Shown in pieces: positions 8,712 through 17,663 of a stretch of 64,000 bases of DNA (its first letter is position 1; every line of letters begins with the position of its first letter). Position numbers and translations under genes: made by a program. The notes below the pieces were generated by a model. The model saw only the letters and a list, made by a program, of their open reading frames with translations. It did no database searches and was not told the origin of the DNA. The stretch lies in assembly GCA_038534135.1 (NCBI GenBank), contig JBCAXJ010000007.1, forward strand, positions 57-64,056, read 5' to 3'. The stretch is from Pseudomonadota bacterium (GTDB lineage Bacteria > Pseudomonadota > Alphaproteobacteria > Rhodobacterales > Rhodobacteraceae).

Positions 8712-9965
8712 TCAGTAAGATTTCTGGCAGGCCGGGTTTTCGCGGCTCGGTGCACCGAGTGCTGCGAACTTGGCTGCGTCCATGCCGAGCGTTTGCGGAA
8801 CCGTCGCATCATAGGAGATGAACTTGTTCGCCAGATTGCCGTCCGGAAGCTCAACCACTTCCGAGATGAACGTAGGGGCAACCGCCTGACGGTTTCCATC
8901 CAGCGTGACTTTGCCGACCGGGCTGTCAAGCTCGAGGTTGGTCAGACACTGGCGGAACGCGGCATGCCCGTCCGACAGATCGCCGTTCGTTTCGTTCAGG
9001 CAGGTAAGTGTGGCCGCGGTCGCCTTGTAGTACAACGTCGCCAGCAGCGACGGTGCCGGGAAACGCTCTTCTGGTGGGAACGTGTCTTGGTAGAGTTTCA
9101 CGTATTTCTGCCAGTCCGGATCTTCCCAGGTATCAGCCTGCGGACCCGAGGAGGGCACACCGATCAATGCTTCCTTGGCCGAGCCCTTCGAGTTCAGGAC
9201 CGTACCGTCGACCATGATCGTGCCGCCGATCAGGTTCGCGTCGCCGCCCGCCTGTTGGTACTGGTTCAGGAAGTTGACCGCGTCGCCGCCGCCCAGGCCG
9301 AGATAGATCGCGTCGACATCATCCGGCAGTGCCGCGATGATCGATCCGAAGTCCTTGGTGCCGAGCGGGACCCAGAAACGTTCCGTGATCTCGCCACCGG
9401 CCTGGCAGAAGTCCAGCGCGAAGCCGAAGACCTGCGTATAGATGAACGAGTAGTCCTCGCCGATCGTCGCAACCGTCTCGTAGCCTTTCTCCTCGAAGAC
9501 GTACTTGCCAAGGCCCCAGGACCACTGCGCGCCGTCCGAATTGAAGCGGAAGAAGTTGTCAGACGGGCTGACGAAGGTGGTTTCCTGCGCGCCGGACGAG
9601 CCGTTGATGAAGGTCGCCTGAGGCTGGGTCTTGGAGTAGTCACGGATGGCGATGCCTTCCGAGCCAGAGAGCGGCCCAACGATCACGTCCAGCCCGTCCT
9701 GCTCGACCAGTTTGCGGGCGGCGCGGACAGCGCTGTCGGGTGATGCATCTGTCGACTGGATGACCAGTTCGATGTCCTTGCCGGCGGCTTTCCCGCCAAA
9801 CGCGGCCAATGCCGTCTTGATACCGCGCACGCCGTCTTCGCCGAGGACGGTGTAAGTGCCTTCCAGTGTCGCCATGACACCGATCTTGATCGTGTCGGCC
9901 TGTGCCAGTGCGCCGCTGGCGAACATGGCGATTGCCGAGACCGCGCCGAGAAGTTTCTTGCTCAT
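8712..9965 (-). CDS. Periplasmic substrate-binding protein of the LIV/urea/amide (type I PBP) ABC family
   Basis: Trimmed to ATG 9965 with GGGGAGG SD. Signal peptide MSKKLLGAVSAIAMFASGALAQA, then DTIKIGVMATLEGTYTVLGEDGVRG, typical of Leu/Ile/Val-binding-protein-like SBPs. Confidence 0.82.
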   Translation of the reverse strand: MSKKLLGAVSAIAMFASGALAQADTIKIGVMATLEGTYTVLGEDGVRGIKTALAAFGGKAAGKDIELVIQSTDASPDSAVRAARKLVEQDGLDVIVGPLSGSEGIAIRDYSKTQPQATFINGSSGAQETTFVSPSDNFFRFNSDGAQWSWGLGKYVFEEKGYETVATIGEDYSFIYTQVFGFALDFCQAGGEITERFWVPLGTKDFGSIIAALPDDVDAIYLGLGGGDAVNFLNQYQQAGGDANLIGGTIMVDGTVLNSKGSAKEALIGVPSSGPQADTWEDPDWQKYVKLYQDTFPPEERFPAPSLLATLYYKATAATLTCLNETNGDLSDGHAAFRQCLTNLELDSPVGKVTLDGNRQAVAPTFISEVVELPDGNLANKFISYDATVPQTLGMDAAKFAALGAPSRENPACQKSY

Positions 9966-10103
9966 TCGGACCTCCCCTGTGAGTTCATTGAGCGTGGACG
10001 CCATTGAACCGGCGCCGAATGCTCACATCCTGCGTCGGTCCGGGGAGAGACACGATTTCGGCTGATCTACCGGATATACCGTCCAGTCTGGTTTTTGCGG
10101 TGT

Positions 10104-11417
10104 TCAGGCGGGCAGGGAAGCGTTTGCACTTTCGCGCTTCAGTTCGACTGCAACGAAGATCATCGTGGTCGATCCGACGTTCTCGAGGTCGTGGAGCGCG
10201 AATTCGCCTGCACCGACATCATAGAAATGGGTCAGTCCGGCCTGATAATCGCTTTCGTAGGTCGTGCCGTCATAGGTGCGCTGAAGGAACCGCCCCGGTG
10301 TGATCGCTGTCCAGAAATACGTGAGCACATGGCGGTGGACCGGCATGCGCTCGCCCGGCGCCAAGGTCATATGCCAGACACGAACCGAGTCATTTTCGAA
10401 CACCAGATCCGTGCCGATCCGTCCGTTGTATTCGTTGGTCTGGAATTCTCGTTTGATCGCGTCCGACCATCCCCGGAAGCCACTGGTCGTGAGCTCACCG
10501 GACCGGAAGCTGTCCGGTTGGCCGATGGCGTGTGCAGGTTCTGGTGCGTGGCCAATCGGGGTGTCTGGGACAGAGAGCGGGATGTTCGCGCTCTCCTTCT
10601 TCAACTCGACCGCACAGAAGATCATCTCGGTGTCGCCGGAGTTTTCGAGATTGTGGAGGGCGAACTCGCCGTAGCCTACATCGTAGAAATGCGTCAGACC
10701 CGCCTGGTAGTCGCTTTCATAGGTCGTTCCGTCATAGGTGCGTTGCAGGAAACGCCCCGGTGTGATCGCAGTCCAGAAATACGTAAGGACATGGCGGTGG
10801 ACCGGCATCTTTTGGCCCGGTTTCAGGGTCATGTGCCAAACACGGACCGATGCATTCTCAAAGACCAGATCCGTGCCGATCCGGCCATTATAGACGTTCG
10901 TCCGGAACTCCTGCTTGATCTCTTCTGACCAGCCATCGAAGGCAATTGTTGTCAGTTCCCCCGAGCGAAAGGTGTCCGCGACTGTATTGGTATCAGGCGT
11001 TACCGCAGCACCCGTGCGCGCGCTTGGGCGCATGGTGAACCTAGCGGTCGCGTTGTGCGTTGGATTTGCGCCAGCGGCTGCCAGGTCCGCGGTGTTCAAT
11101 CCTTCGGCCATCACCAGAGTACCCTCGACCGAACTCAGCCTGAGATCGATCATCGATTGATACTCGGGGGAGCGGTACCAACGCATCGCTTCCTCGCGGG
11201 AGGGGAACTTCAAGATGACCAGGCGGTCGTGACCTGTCTGCCCCTCGATCACTTCGGTCGTCTCATTGACGGCCAGAATCTCGACATCGAACTTGTTCAG
11301 GCATTCGACGGCGCGGGGTACGTAAATGTCGTTCAGGGTCGACCGGTCCAGAACCTTGTGGCTCGCCACCATGTAGACCGGCCTGGCGTCGTCATCGGTC
11401 AATGAGATCCCCTGCAT
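10104..11417 (-). CDS. DUF1330-like domain fused to two tandem cupin domains (bicupin)
   Basis: Trimmed to ATG 11417. The N-terminus (RLVILKFPSREEAMRWYRSPEYQSMIDLR) reads as DUF1330. Two ~130-aa copies follow, each with a cupin-like HxH (PVHRHVLTYFW) and a later H..N motif. Confidence 0.6.
   Translation of the reverse strand: MQGISLTDDDARPVYMVASHKVLDRSTLNDIYVPRAVECLNKFDVEILAVNETTEVIEGQTGHDRLVILKFPSREEAMRWYRSPEYQSMIDLRLSSVEGTLVMAEGLNTADLAAAGANPTHNATARFTMRPSARTGAAVTPDTNTVADTFRSGELTTIAFDGWSEEIKQEFRTNVYNGRIGTDLVFENASVRVWHMTLKPGQKMPVHRHVLTYFWTAITPGRFLQRTYDGTTYESDYQAGLTHFYDVGYGEFALHNLENSGDTEMIFCAVELKKESANIPLSVPDTPIGHAPEPAHAIGQPDSFRSGELTTSGFRGWSDAIKREFQTNEYNGRIGTDLVFENDSVRVWHMTLAPGERMPVHRHVLTYFWTAITPGRFLQRTYDGTTYESDYQAGLTHFYDVGAGEFALHDLENVGSTTMIFVAVELKRESANASLPA
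10122..10970 (-). repeat. Intragenic tandem duplication, two ~387-nt copies with a 462-nt period (10122-10508 and 10584-10970)
   Basis: The landmark CCAGAAATACGT..GGCGGTGGACCGGCAT occurs at 10311 and 10773 (offset 462). Hand alignment of ~150 nt gives roughly 85% identity, with many third-position differences. Confidence 0.8.
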
Positions 11418-11584
11418 GTGACGCTCGCGACGCGAGCACGCTCGGCGCATGGTGAATGCTCCGAACAATGCCAGGAAATTGCAACAGGTGCGGGACGCGG
11501 TGGGTTTCCCCGCATCCATCCGCCATACCACGCAGTCTCAAAATCTTGAGACAACTGACCGGCGTGATGGAAATCGCGGTACGT

Positions 11585-11624
11585 CCAAAATGGATGAGGC
11601 CGGGATCGCTCCGATCCCAGCCTC
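11585..11624 (-). terminator. Candidate intrinsic terminator after atpF
   Basis: GAGGCCGGGATCG-CTC-CGATCCCAGCCTC, a 13-bp stem with one mismatch (11596-11624). On the minus strand it is followed by ATCCATTTTGG, 29 nt after the atpF stop. Confidence 0.45.
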
Positions 11625-11652
11625 TAGCGCGTTGCGTCGAGCGTGCGCTGGA

Positions 11653-12144
11653 TCAGTGCAATCGCGATCCGATGTCACCGATTGCGGAGTCGACAAGGCC
11701 TTCGGCTTTGTCGTCACCCAAGCGTTCGCTCAGGACCTGGGCGGCCGCTGCGATTGCAACCGAGACAGCCGTGTCGCGGACTTCCTTCACAGCCTCCGAC
11801 TCTGCCAGCGCAATCTGATCATCCGCAGCCTTCAATCGGCGCTCGATCGAGACGGCGAGATCCGCCTTGGCCTTCTCAGCGGCTGCCTCGGCCTCGGCCT
11901 TGGCATGCGCGACGATCTCCTGGGCCTGGCCTTCGACGGCCTTTTGTTTGCGCTCGAACTCTGCGAAGAGCTCTTGTGCTTCTTCCCGCAGGCGTTTCGC
12001 CTCACTCAATTCGGTCCGAATGCCGTCGGCGCGGTCGTCCAACATCTTGCCGAGCAGCTTGTGCACACCGAGATACCCGAGCAGTGCGAGGAACAGGAAC
12101 AGGCTGATCCCAACGACCAGTGTGGAGTTGTAGAAAACTTCCAT
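11653..12144 (-). CDS. atpF: F0F1 ATP synthase subunit b
   Basis: 163 aa with one N-terminal TM helix and a long charged Ala/Glu/Lys helix. Last gene of the atpI-B-E-b'-b order. GGGAGGA SD. Confidence 0.85.
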   Translation of the reverse strand: MEVFYNSTLVVGISLFLFLALLGYLGVHKLLGKMLDDRADGIRTELSEAKRLREEAQELFAEFERKQKAVEGQAQEIVAHAKAEAEAAAEKAKADLAVSIERRLKAADDQIALAESEAVKEVRDTAVSVAIAAAAQVLSERLGDDKAEGLVDSAIGDIGSRLH

Positions 12145-12157
12145 TATCCGTCCTCCC

Positions 12158-12712
12158 TCAACCCAGCTTCTGGCTGACGGCCGCTTTCACGGTGTCGGCG
12201 TCGGCAAGGCCCGGCATCACGGCATCAATCACAGCGACCGCCGTATCATTGGCAACCTCGGTCACGCTTGCAATGGCGCTCTCGCGAATCTCGGCGATGC
12301 GTTTTTCGCCTTCCGCTGCCCGTGCCGCGATCTCCGCATCGGCCTTGGCAACGGCCGCGTCGACATCTTTTTGGATCTCGGCACGGGCTTCTGCTGCAAT
12401 GGCTTGCGCCTTGCCGCGGGCATCAATCAGCGCCTGATCATAAGCCGCTTCGGCTTCCTGTGCCCTGCGCTTGAGCTCTTCTGCCTTGTCCAGGTCGTCC
12501 GCGATCGCATCGGCGCGTTCTTCCAGAACACTCGCAATGCGGGGCAGGGCGATCTTCGACATCAGCCAGTAGAGAACGCCCAGAGTGACGATCAACCAGA
12601 AGATCTGACTGGGGAACGTCCCGATATCAAGTTGTGGCAGCCCGCCCGATCCGTGATCGGCGGCGTCCGAAGCCGCATCCGCAGCTGCTGCCAGAACGGA
12701 GGTCGTCGCCAT
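12158..12712 (-). CDS. atpF2: F0F1 ATP synthase subunit b'
   Basis: 184 aa with the same architecture (TM helix FWLIVTLGVLYWLM plus a long amphipathic helix). Sits between atpE and atpF, as in alphaproteobacteria. Confidence 0.8.
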   Translation of the reverse strand: MATTSVLAAAADAASDAADHGSGGLPQLDIGTFPSQIFWLIVTLGVLYWLMSKIALPRIASVLEERADAIADDLDKAEELKRRAQEAEAAYDQALIDARGKAQAIAAEARAEIQKDVDAAVAKADAEIAARAAEGEKRIAEIRESAIASVTEVANDTAVAVIDAVMPGLADADTVKAAVSQKLG

Positions 12713-12802
12713 GGACTGCTCCTGAATTAGGTGCGGCGCTTGCGCGCCACTTTCAGGCGGCCGAGGTTAGACCGGCCGCCGCGTTGTCTTGTTGGCGCTG
12801 CC

Positions 12803-13039
12803 TCAGACAGCGAACATCAGCAGCAGAGCGATCAGGAACGAGAAGATCCCGAGTGCTTCTGCGAATGCGATGCCGAGGAACATGGTCGCGGTCTGGCCAG
12901 CAGCGGCTGCCGGGTTGCGCAGTGCGCCAGCGAGGAAGTTGCCGACCACGAGGCCCACACCAATTCCAGCACCGCCCAGGCCCATCGTGGCCAGGCCAGC
13001 ACCGATGAACTTACCCATGTCGGCGATATTACCTTCCAT
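12803..13039 (-). CDS. atpE: F0F1 ATP synthase subunit c
   Basis: 78 aa, [29 protein letters not shown]...RNPAAA...FAEALGIF: a canonical c-subunit hairpin with the essential Glu. AAGGAG SD. Confidence 0.95.
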   Translation of the reverse strand: MEGNIADMGKFIGAGLATMGLGGAGIGVGLVVGNFLAGALRNPAAAAGQTATMFLGIAFAEALGIFSFLIALLLMFAV

Positions 13040-13092
13040 CGTTCAATCTCCTTGGATGATGGGTTGTTTCAGGATTTACGGGTCCAGCCGCC

Positions 13093-13860
13093 TTAGTGTG
13101 ACGGGTGGAGAGCGTCGTTGAGATAGATGCAGGTCAGGATCGCGAAGATGTACGCCTGAACACAGGCGACCAGAAACTCGAGCGCGGTGATGGCGACCAT
13201 CAGGCCCAGCGGCAGGATCGCAAGGATCCCGAGACCCGAATAGATCAGCAGCGCCAGAAGCCCCGCGAACACCTTCAAGACCGCGTGACCGGCCATCATG
13301 TTGCCGGCCAGACGAATGGAGTGGCTGAGCGGACGCACGAAGAACGAGATGACCTCGATAAGCGCCAGGACGGGACGCAATGCCAGCGGCGCGCTTTCGA
13401 CCCAGAAAAGCTTCAGAAAGCCCGCGCCGTGTTTCATGAAGCCGATCGCGATCACGCTTATGAAGACCGCGAGCGCCAGGATTGCGGTGACCGCAATGTG
13501 TGACGTGGTCGTGAACGAGCCCGGCACCATGCCCAGCAGGTTCGAGAACAAAATGAAGATGAAGATCGTGAAAATGTATGGGAAGTAGGTCTTTCCGTCC
13601 TCTCCCAGGATGTCCATCACCATCGAGCGTATAAAGGTGTACAGGATCTCTGCGACCGACTGAGTCCGTGTCGGTACAAGCGCCCGGCCGCGCATGCCCA
13701 TGATCAACAGTGCCGAGATGGCAAGGATCGAGACGAACATCCACAGCGTCGAGTTGGTGATCGTCAAAAAGCTGCCGACCGGGCCACCGCCAAACAACGG
13801 TCCGACGACAAACTGGTGCATCGGGTCGATCACCGGGGCGCCGGATTCGCTCACTGCCAT
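13093..13860 (-). CDS. atpB: F0F1 ATP synthase subunit a
   Basis: 255-aa polytopic protein containing [15 protein letters not shown] (the conserved Arg motif of subunit a). Confidence 0.92.
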   Translation of the reverse strand: MAVSESGAPVIDPMHQFVVGPLFGGGPVGSFLTITNSTLWMFVSILAISALLIMGMRGRALVPTRTQSVAEILYTFIRSMVMDILGEDGKTYFPYIFTIFIFILFSNLLGMVPGSFTTTSHIAVTAILALAVFISVIAIGFMKHGAGFLKLFWVESAPLALRPVLALIEVISFFVRPLSHSIRLAGNMMAGHAVLKVFAGLLALLIYSGLGILAILPLGLMVAITALEFLVACVQAYIFAILTCIYLNDALHPSH

Positions 13861-13864
13861 GGCT

Positions 13865-14215
13865 TCAGCTCTCTATCTCGTCTTCTGCGGCGCGGGCCGC
13901 GTCTCTTCTCTGGTTCTCTGCGACCGAGCGCATCATCGTGCGCACGCCGGACGCAAACCCCAGCAAACAAAAAACCACGAGGAAAACGGGAAGCGTCCCA
14001 AAGAGACTGTCGAGCCCCCACCCCATGGCTGCACCGATCATGATGGACACGATCAGCTCTATCGTCACGCGCCATGCAAAGGACATGGCACCAAACTTTT
14101 CCTTGTCACCGCGCGGTTTAGGCTTGCCGGCGTCCCTTGCGTCGGCGATGCGCCGGTCAAGATCTTCCAGTCGTTTCGCGGTATCCCCGGTGCGATCACC
14201 AGACCGTCCGGACAT
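13865..14215 (-). CDS. atpI: AtpI/AtpZ-like small membrane protein
   Basis: Trimmed to ATG 14215. Two TM helices ([38 protein letters not shown]). Lies immediately upstream of atpB. Confidence 0.6.
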   Translation of the reverse strand: MSGRSGDRTGDTAKRLEDLDRRIADARDAGKPKPRGDKEKFGAMSFAWRVTIELIVSIMIGAAMGWGLDSLFGTLPVFLVVFCLLGFASGVRTMMRSVAENQRRDAARAAEDEIES

Positions 14216-14523
14216 GCGACACCTCATTGCGCGGCCGGTACCCCGGCCAAGGTCGCGCGCACCCTATGGCGGCGGTATGGGGGTGTCAAGCAAGCCTCAG
14301 GGGCTCTGTTGCGCATTAAGTATATGAGAATGTTGACATAATTCGAGATGCGACCGCACGGCGCACCGCCATTTGCGCAGAACCATGCGAGTCATGTCTC
14401 AAACGAATTCGGCCTTGGCCGTGACCCGCACGCGGGCGACAAGAAACCGACGAAGATTTGGACTAAGACTTGAGACTTGGCACGGCGCCATTTCGGGCCG
14501 CGCGCGCGGAAGGATTTAAAGAC

Positions 14524-15348
14524 ATGGCTGACACGCTCCCTCTCACCATCGGTGCTGCCTTGCCCGTACATCGGCTGGAAGAGTTCCGGGATTGGTTGTT
14601 CGAGAAGGACCGTGATCTGGAATTGCAGACCTTTCATGCAGCCGAGATTTTGAACGGGGACTGGCGCAGTCTCGCCGATCAGACGAATGCGGTTCTGGAC
14701 GGTCACAAAGGCAGGATTGGGATCCATGGGCCTTTCTGGGGTTTCGACCTTTGTTCCAAGGATCCCGAAATTCGCGCCATCGTGACCAAGCGCATGATGC
14801 AGGGACTGGATGTCTGCGCGGCGGTCGGTGCGCGCCAGATGGTGATCCACTCACCCTTCAATCCTTGGATCTATAATAACGCGCTGGCGTTCGTGGGCGG
14901 GGCTCAATGGGTTTATGACGAAACACACGCGACCTTGGACAGCGTCGTGAAGCGTGCCGAGGATCAGGGCGTTGTTCTCGTCATCGAGAACATCGCGGAC
15001 AAGGATGTCCATGTCAGGGTCGACCTCGCGCGCAGTTTCAACTCCGACGCTGTGCAGGTTTCTGTCGACACCGGGCATGCACATCTGGCGCATGGGTCAC
15101 AAGGCGCGCATCCGGTCGACTACTTTATCCGGGCCGCGGGCGACATGCTCGCGCACGTCCATATTCAGGATGCCGATGGTCACGCCGACCGGCACTGGGC
15201 AATCGGCGAGGGAAACATCCTGTGGCCGTCCGTGTTCCGGGCGATCGCCGAGGTGCCGTCGAACCCCCATGTTGTGCTGGAGTTGCGGGATCACGCAGGG
15301 ATTCCGGCGTCCATGACATACCTGGAAGAGGCCGGTTTGGCGCAGTGA
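14524..15348 (+). CDS. Sugar phosphate isomerase/epimerase (xylose-isomerase-like TIM barrel) family protein
   Basis: Trimmed to ATG 14524 (GGAAGGA SD). Contains VIHSPF, VLVIENI, VDTGHAHL and HVHIQD motifs characteristic of AP-endonuclease-2/xylose-isomerase-like barrels. Confidence 0.7.
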   Translation: MADTLPLTIGAALPVHRLEEFRDWLFEKDRDLELQTFHAAEILNGDWRSLADQTNAVLDGHKGRIGIHGPFWGFDLCSKDPEIRAIVTKRMMQGLDVCAAVGARQMVIHSPFNPWIYNNALAFVGGAQWVYDETHATLDSVVKRAEDQGVVLVIENIADKDVHVRVDLARSFNSDAVQVSVDTGHAHLAHGSQGAHPVDYFIRAAGDMLAHVHIQDADGHADRHWAIGEGNILWPSVFRAIAEVPSNPHVVLELRDHAGIPASMTYLEEAGLAQ

Positions 15349-15389
15349 CACGCTGCGTTCGTCGCGTTCAGAATGCCGTGATGGAGACC

Positions 15390-15418
15390 TTGCATCCGCG
15401 AGGCTTTCACCGTATGTC
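15390..15418 (+). promoter_or_regulatory. Candidate sigma70-type promoter for tRNA-Trp/secE
   Basis: TTGCAT (15390-15395), 17-nt spacer, TATGTC (15413-15418), ending 17 nt before the tRNA 5' end. Motif match only. Confidence 0.3.
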
Positions 15419-15434
15419 CGCGTTTCCGGACCGA

Positions 15435-15510
15435 AGGGGTGTAGCTCAGTTGGTAGAGCATCGGTCTCCAAAACCGAGGGTCGTAGGTTCGAGTCCTATC
15501 GCCCCTGCCA
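15435..15510 (+). tRNA. trnW: tRNA-Trp (anticodon CCA)
   Basis: Hand-folded cloverleaf: acceptor AGGGGTG/CGCCCCT, D arm GCTC-AGTTGGTA-GAGC, anticodon arm TCGGT-CTCCAAA-ACCGA, T arm GTAGG-TTCGAGT-CCTAT, encoded CCA end. Classic position upstream of secE. Confidence 0.93.
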
Positions 15511-15531
15511 GGTCCTTCCGGGAGTAACGCG

Positions 15532-15717
15532 ATGAAGAACCCAGTGAATTTCGTGAACGAAGTCCGGTCCGAGACCGCGAAGGTCGTGTGGCCGTCGCGC
15601 AAGGATGCCGGTATGACCACCGTGATGGTCTTCGTCATGGCGACGCTGGTTGCGATCTTCTTCTTCTTTATCGATCAGATTCTCGCCTGGGGCATCGACG
15701 TCCTGCTTCACCTCTGA
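15532..15717 (+). CDS. secE: Preprotein translocase subunit SecE
   Basis: 61 aa, MKNPVNFVNEVRSETAKVVWPSRKD followed by one TM helix: the canonical short SecE. Lies after tRNA-Trp. Confidence 0.88.
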   Translation: MKNPVNFVNEVRSETAKVVWPSRKDAGMTTVMVFVMATLVAIFFFFIDQILAWGIDVLLHL

Positions 15718-15775
15718 CTGGATCTCCAACCGCGCGGCTTGTCTTTGGAAGCTGAACTGCGCAGCGTCAGACCAG

Positions 15776-16246
15776 TCAAGCACTCCGGTTGTCGTCCAGA
15801 ATCTTGCGGATTTCCGCAAGCTGCGGGGTAAGGCGCGTTAGCTGATCGATGTTCAGTTTGTCGGACAGCGCCATGATGTCAGGCACTAACAGGCGGATTG
15901 CCTCTTCCCGGAACGCTCTGCCTTCCTCGGTCAGCCAGACCTGCTTGGACCGCCCATCCGTCGGATGGCGCCGCATCTCGATAAATCCGCGCTTTTCCAA
16001 CCCCGACAGGGTGTTCGTCAGACTGGCTTTCGGCACCTGAAACGCCCGCGACAGCTCTAGCGGCGTTCGGCCATCGGCGACACGGATCAGGTGGTTCAGC
16101 ACGCTGAAGTGCTGGACGATCATACCGTCTGGCAGCCGCGCCTCGAACATGGCGCGGCTGAGTTGCTGGATGATTCCGATCTCGTTGAAGAACTCGAAGA
16201 CAGTGCCGGGATTGAGTTCGGCTGGCGGCGCGTCCTCGTCAGGCAT
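15776..16246 (-). CDS. MarR family transcriptional regulator
   Basis: 156 aa with a winged-HTH region (FSVLNHLIRV...TPLELSRAFQVPKASLTNTLSGLEKRGFIEMRRHPTDGRSKQVWLTEEG). Its start overlaps the upstream gene's stop by 8 nt. Confidence 0.82.
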   Translation of the reverse strand: MPDEDAPPAELNPGTVFEFFNEIGIIQQLSRAMFEARLPDGMIVQHFSVLNHLIRVADGRTPLELSRAFQVPKASLTNTLSGLEKRGFIEMRRHPTDGRSKQVWLTEEGRAFREEAIRLLVPDIMALSDKLNIDQLTRLTPQLAEIRKILDDNRSA

Positions 16247-17345
16247 TCCTCAGGCGTGTCTCCAAAGCCCATCTGGGCGTCCGGGGTGTCTGCGGGCCAT
16301 ACCCGAGACGCCCAAGCATCTGCACAGTCTGACCCGGTTTCGCAAGCAGTTGATGGATCGCCGTGTTTTGTGCGGCGACCTCTTCGTACTCCTGAAGCGC
16401 CTGGCTCACCGGGTGCAGCGCGAGGCCGAGGGCGGTTGTCGTCAGGTTCAGACGCATCCAGCGCCGCCCGGCCGCGATTTGATTCAGACGTGTGTTCCTG
16501 TCCGTCACAAGCGAGACGAATGCGTGTGTCGTGGCAAACATCTCGCGATACATATACAGTCCCATCTCGAATTCTTTCGTCGAGGGATCAAGCTGGCCTT
16601 CGCGAGTCAGCATACCGAACAACATCAGTGACTCCAGGAACGGTCCGCCCAGATCTATGCCGTCCGGGTTGGCATTGATCTCGGACTTTCCCATGCGGAA
16701 GAGATCCACGCTTTCCTTCATCTTGGCCTCAGTCGTGACCTCGATCATAAAGGCATCCCAGGCGATCTTCCGGACTTTGTCGACCATCTCAGTGTCCAAG
16801 TGGATCGTGGCCAGATCCGTCAGCGTCGACGCTTGATCGGGATCCACACGCTGGTCCGTAAACGGCTCCTTGCAAGAACGGCGATCCATGACATGGGCGA
16901 AGAGCGGGTCAGGCGCACCTCCTTCGGACAATCTGGCGATGGCCACTGGACCGTCGTCGCCATCTGGGAAGAACTCGAACGCGACTGTGTGTCCCGTTTC
17001 GCCCGCAGCGATGGAGAGAAGTTCCGCGAAGCACCCCATGCCAATGGTCAGTTGACGGTCTAACGGGTCAGTCTCCGGAAGGTTGCGGGTCTTGTCGCGC
17101 CAGATGACGGCTTCGCCGGGGGTTCGCAGATCGACTTCCCAAGGCTGACGGTTGTGCGGGTTGGGGGCAAGAATCGCGTAGGATAAGGCACGCATCCGGG
17201 GGTCGGCATACTGCCCGGCCCGATCCCATGGCGCGAGCGCCTTGTGCGGCGTTCTGGTCAGCGCGAAGCCGCCGCCTGCGGCGCCCGCAGCGACAATGAT
17301 GCCGCCGCCGATCAAAGCGAGGGATTTGCGTCGTGAGAGGGTCAT
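16239..17345 (-). CDS. Tat-signal nitroreductase-fold (Acg-like) oxidoreductase family protein
   Basis: Twin-arginine leader MTLSRRKSLALIGGGIIVAAGAAGG. ILAPNPHNRQPW and MDRRSCKEPF resemble nitroreductase-superfamily signatures. 368 aa. Confidence 0.55.
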   Translation of the reverse strand: MTLSRRKSLALIGGGIIVAAGAAGGGFALTRTPHKALAPWDRAGQYADPRMRALSYAILAPNPHNRQPWEVDLRTPGEAVIWRDKTRNLPETDPLDRQLTIGMGCFAELLSIAAGETGHTVAFEFFPDGDDGPVAIARLSEGGAPDPLFAHVMDRRSCKEPFTDQRVDPDQASTLTDLATIHLDTEMVDKVRKIAWDAFMIEVTTEAKMKESVDLFRMGKSEINANPDGIDLGGPFLESLMLFGMLTREGQLDPSTKEFEMGLYMYREMFATTHAFVSLVTDRNTRLNQIAAGRRWMRLNLTTTALGLALHPVSQALQEYEEVAAQNTAIHQLLAKPGQTVQMLGRLGYGPQTPRTPRWALETRLRNA

Positions 17346-17361
17346 GATTGCGCTCCAATAA

Positions 17362-17395
17362 GTTCGATATCAAACTATATCATTCGATATCGAAC
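17362..17395. promoter_or_regulatory. Candidate MarR operator (palindrome plus direct repeat)
   Basis: GTTCGATAT (17362-17370) pairs with ATATCGAAC (17387-17395). It includes the perfect 12-mer palindrome TTCGATATCGAA (17383-17394). Lies 17-50 nt upstream of the oxidoreductase-marR operon start, in an AT-rich patch. Confidence 0.35.
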
Positions 17396-17663
17396 GAAAT
17401 CAATCCACAAACTTGATTTGTCGGGCAAGATTGCGTTTACTCCACGTATCGACGCGCAGTTTTGGAGCGCTGCGCGTGGTGCACTTTACGCTTGATTTTT
17501 GGTGAATCGGGCATTAGCTCACACAGCTTCACAACCATTCGTGGCGCGCTTCGATTCGTCTGGCGCGCCTTGTCTGTTGAGGGCCGTTCTAAGACTCTAG
17601 AGTGTCTGGATGTTTTGGAGCGGCAAACGTGTTGAGCTAAGGCTGCGAGAGGACGCAACGTAC

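Noticed and set aside
10095-10928. 277-aa plus-strand ORF with an internally repeated peptide
   Set aside because: The repeat simply mirrors the tandem cupin duplication on the opposite strand. The minus-strand frame has the recognisable domains.
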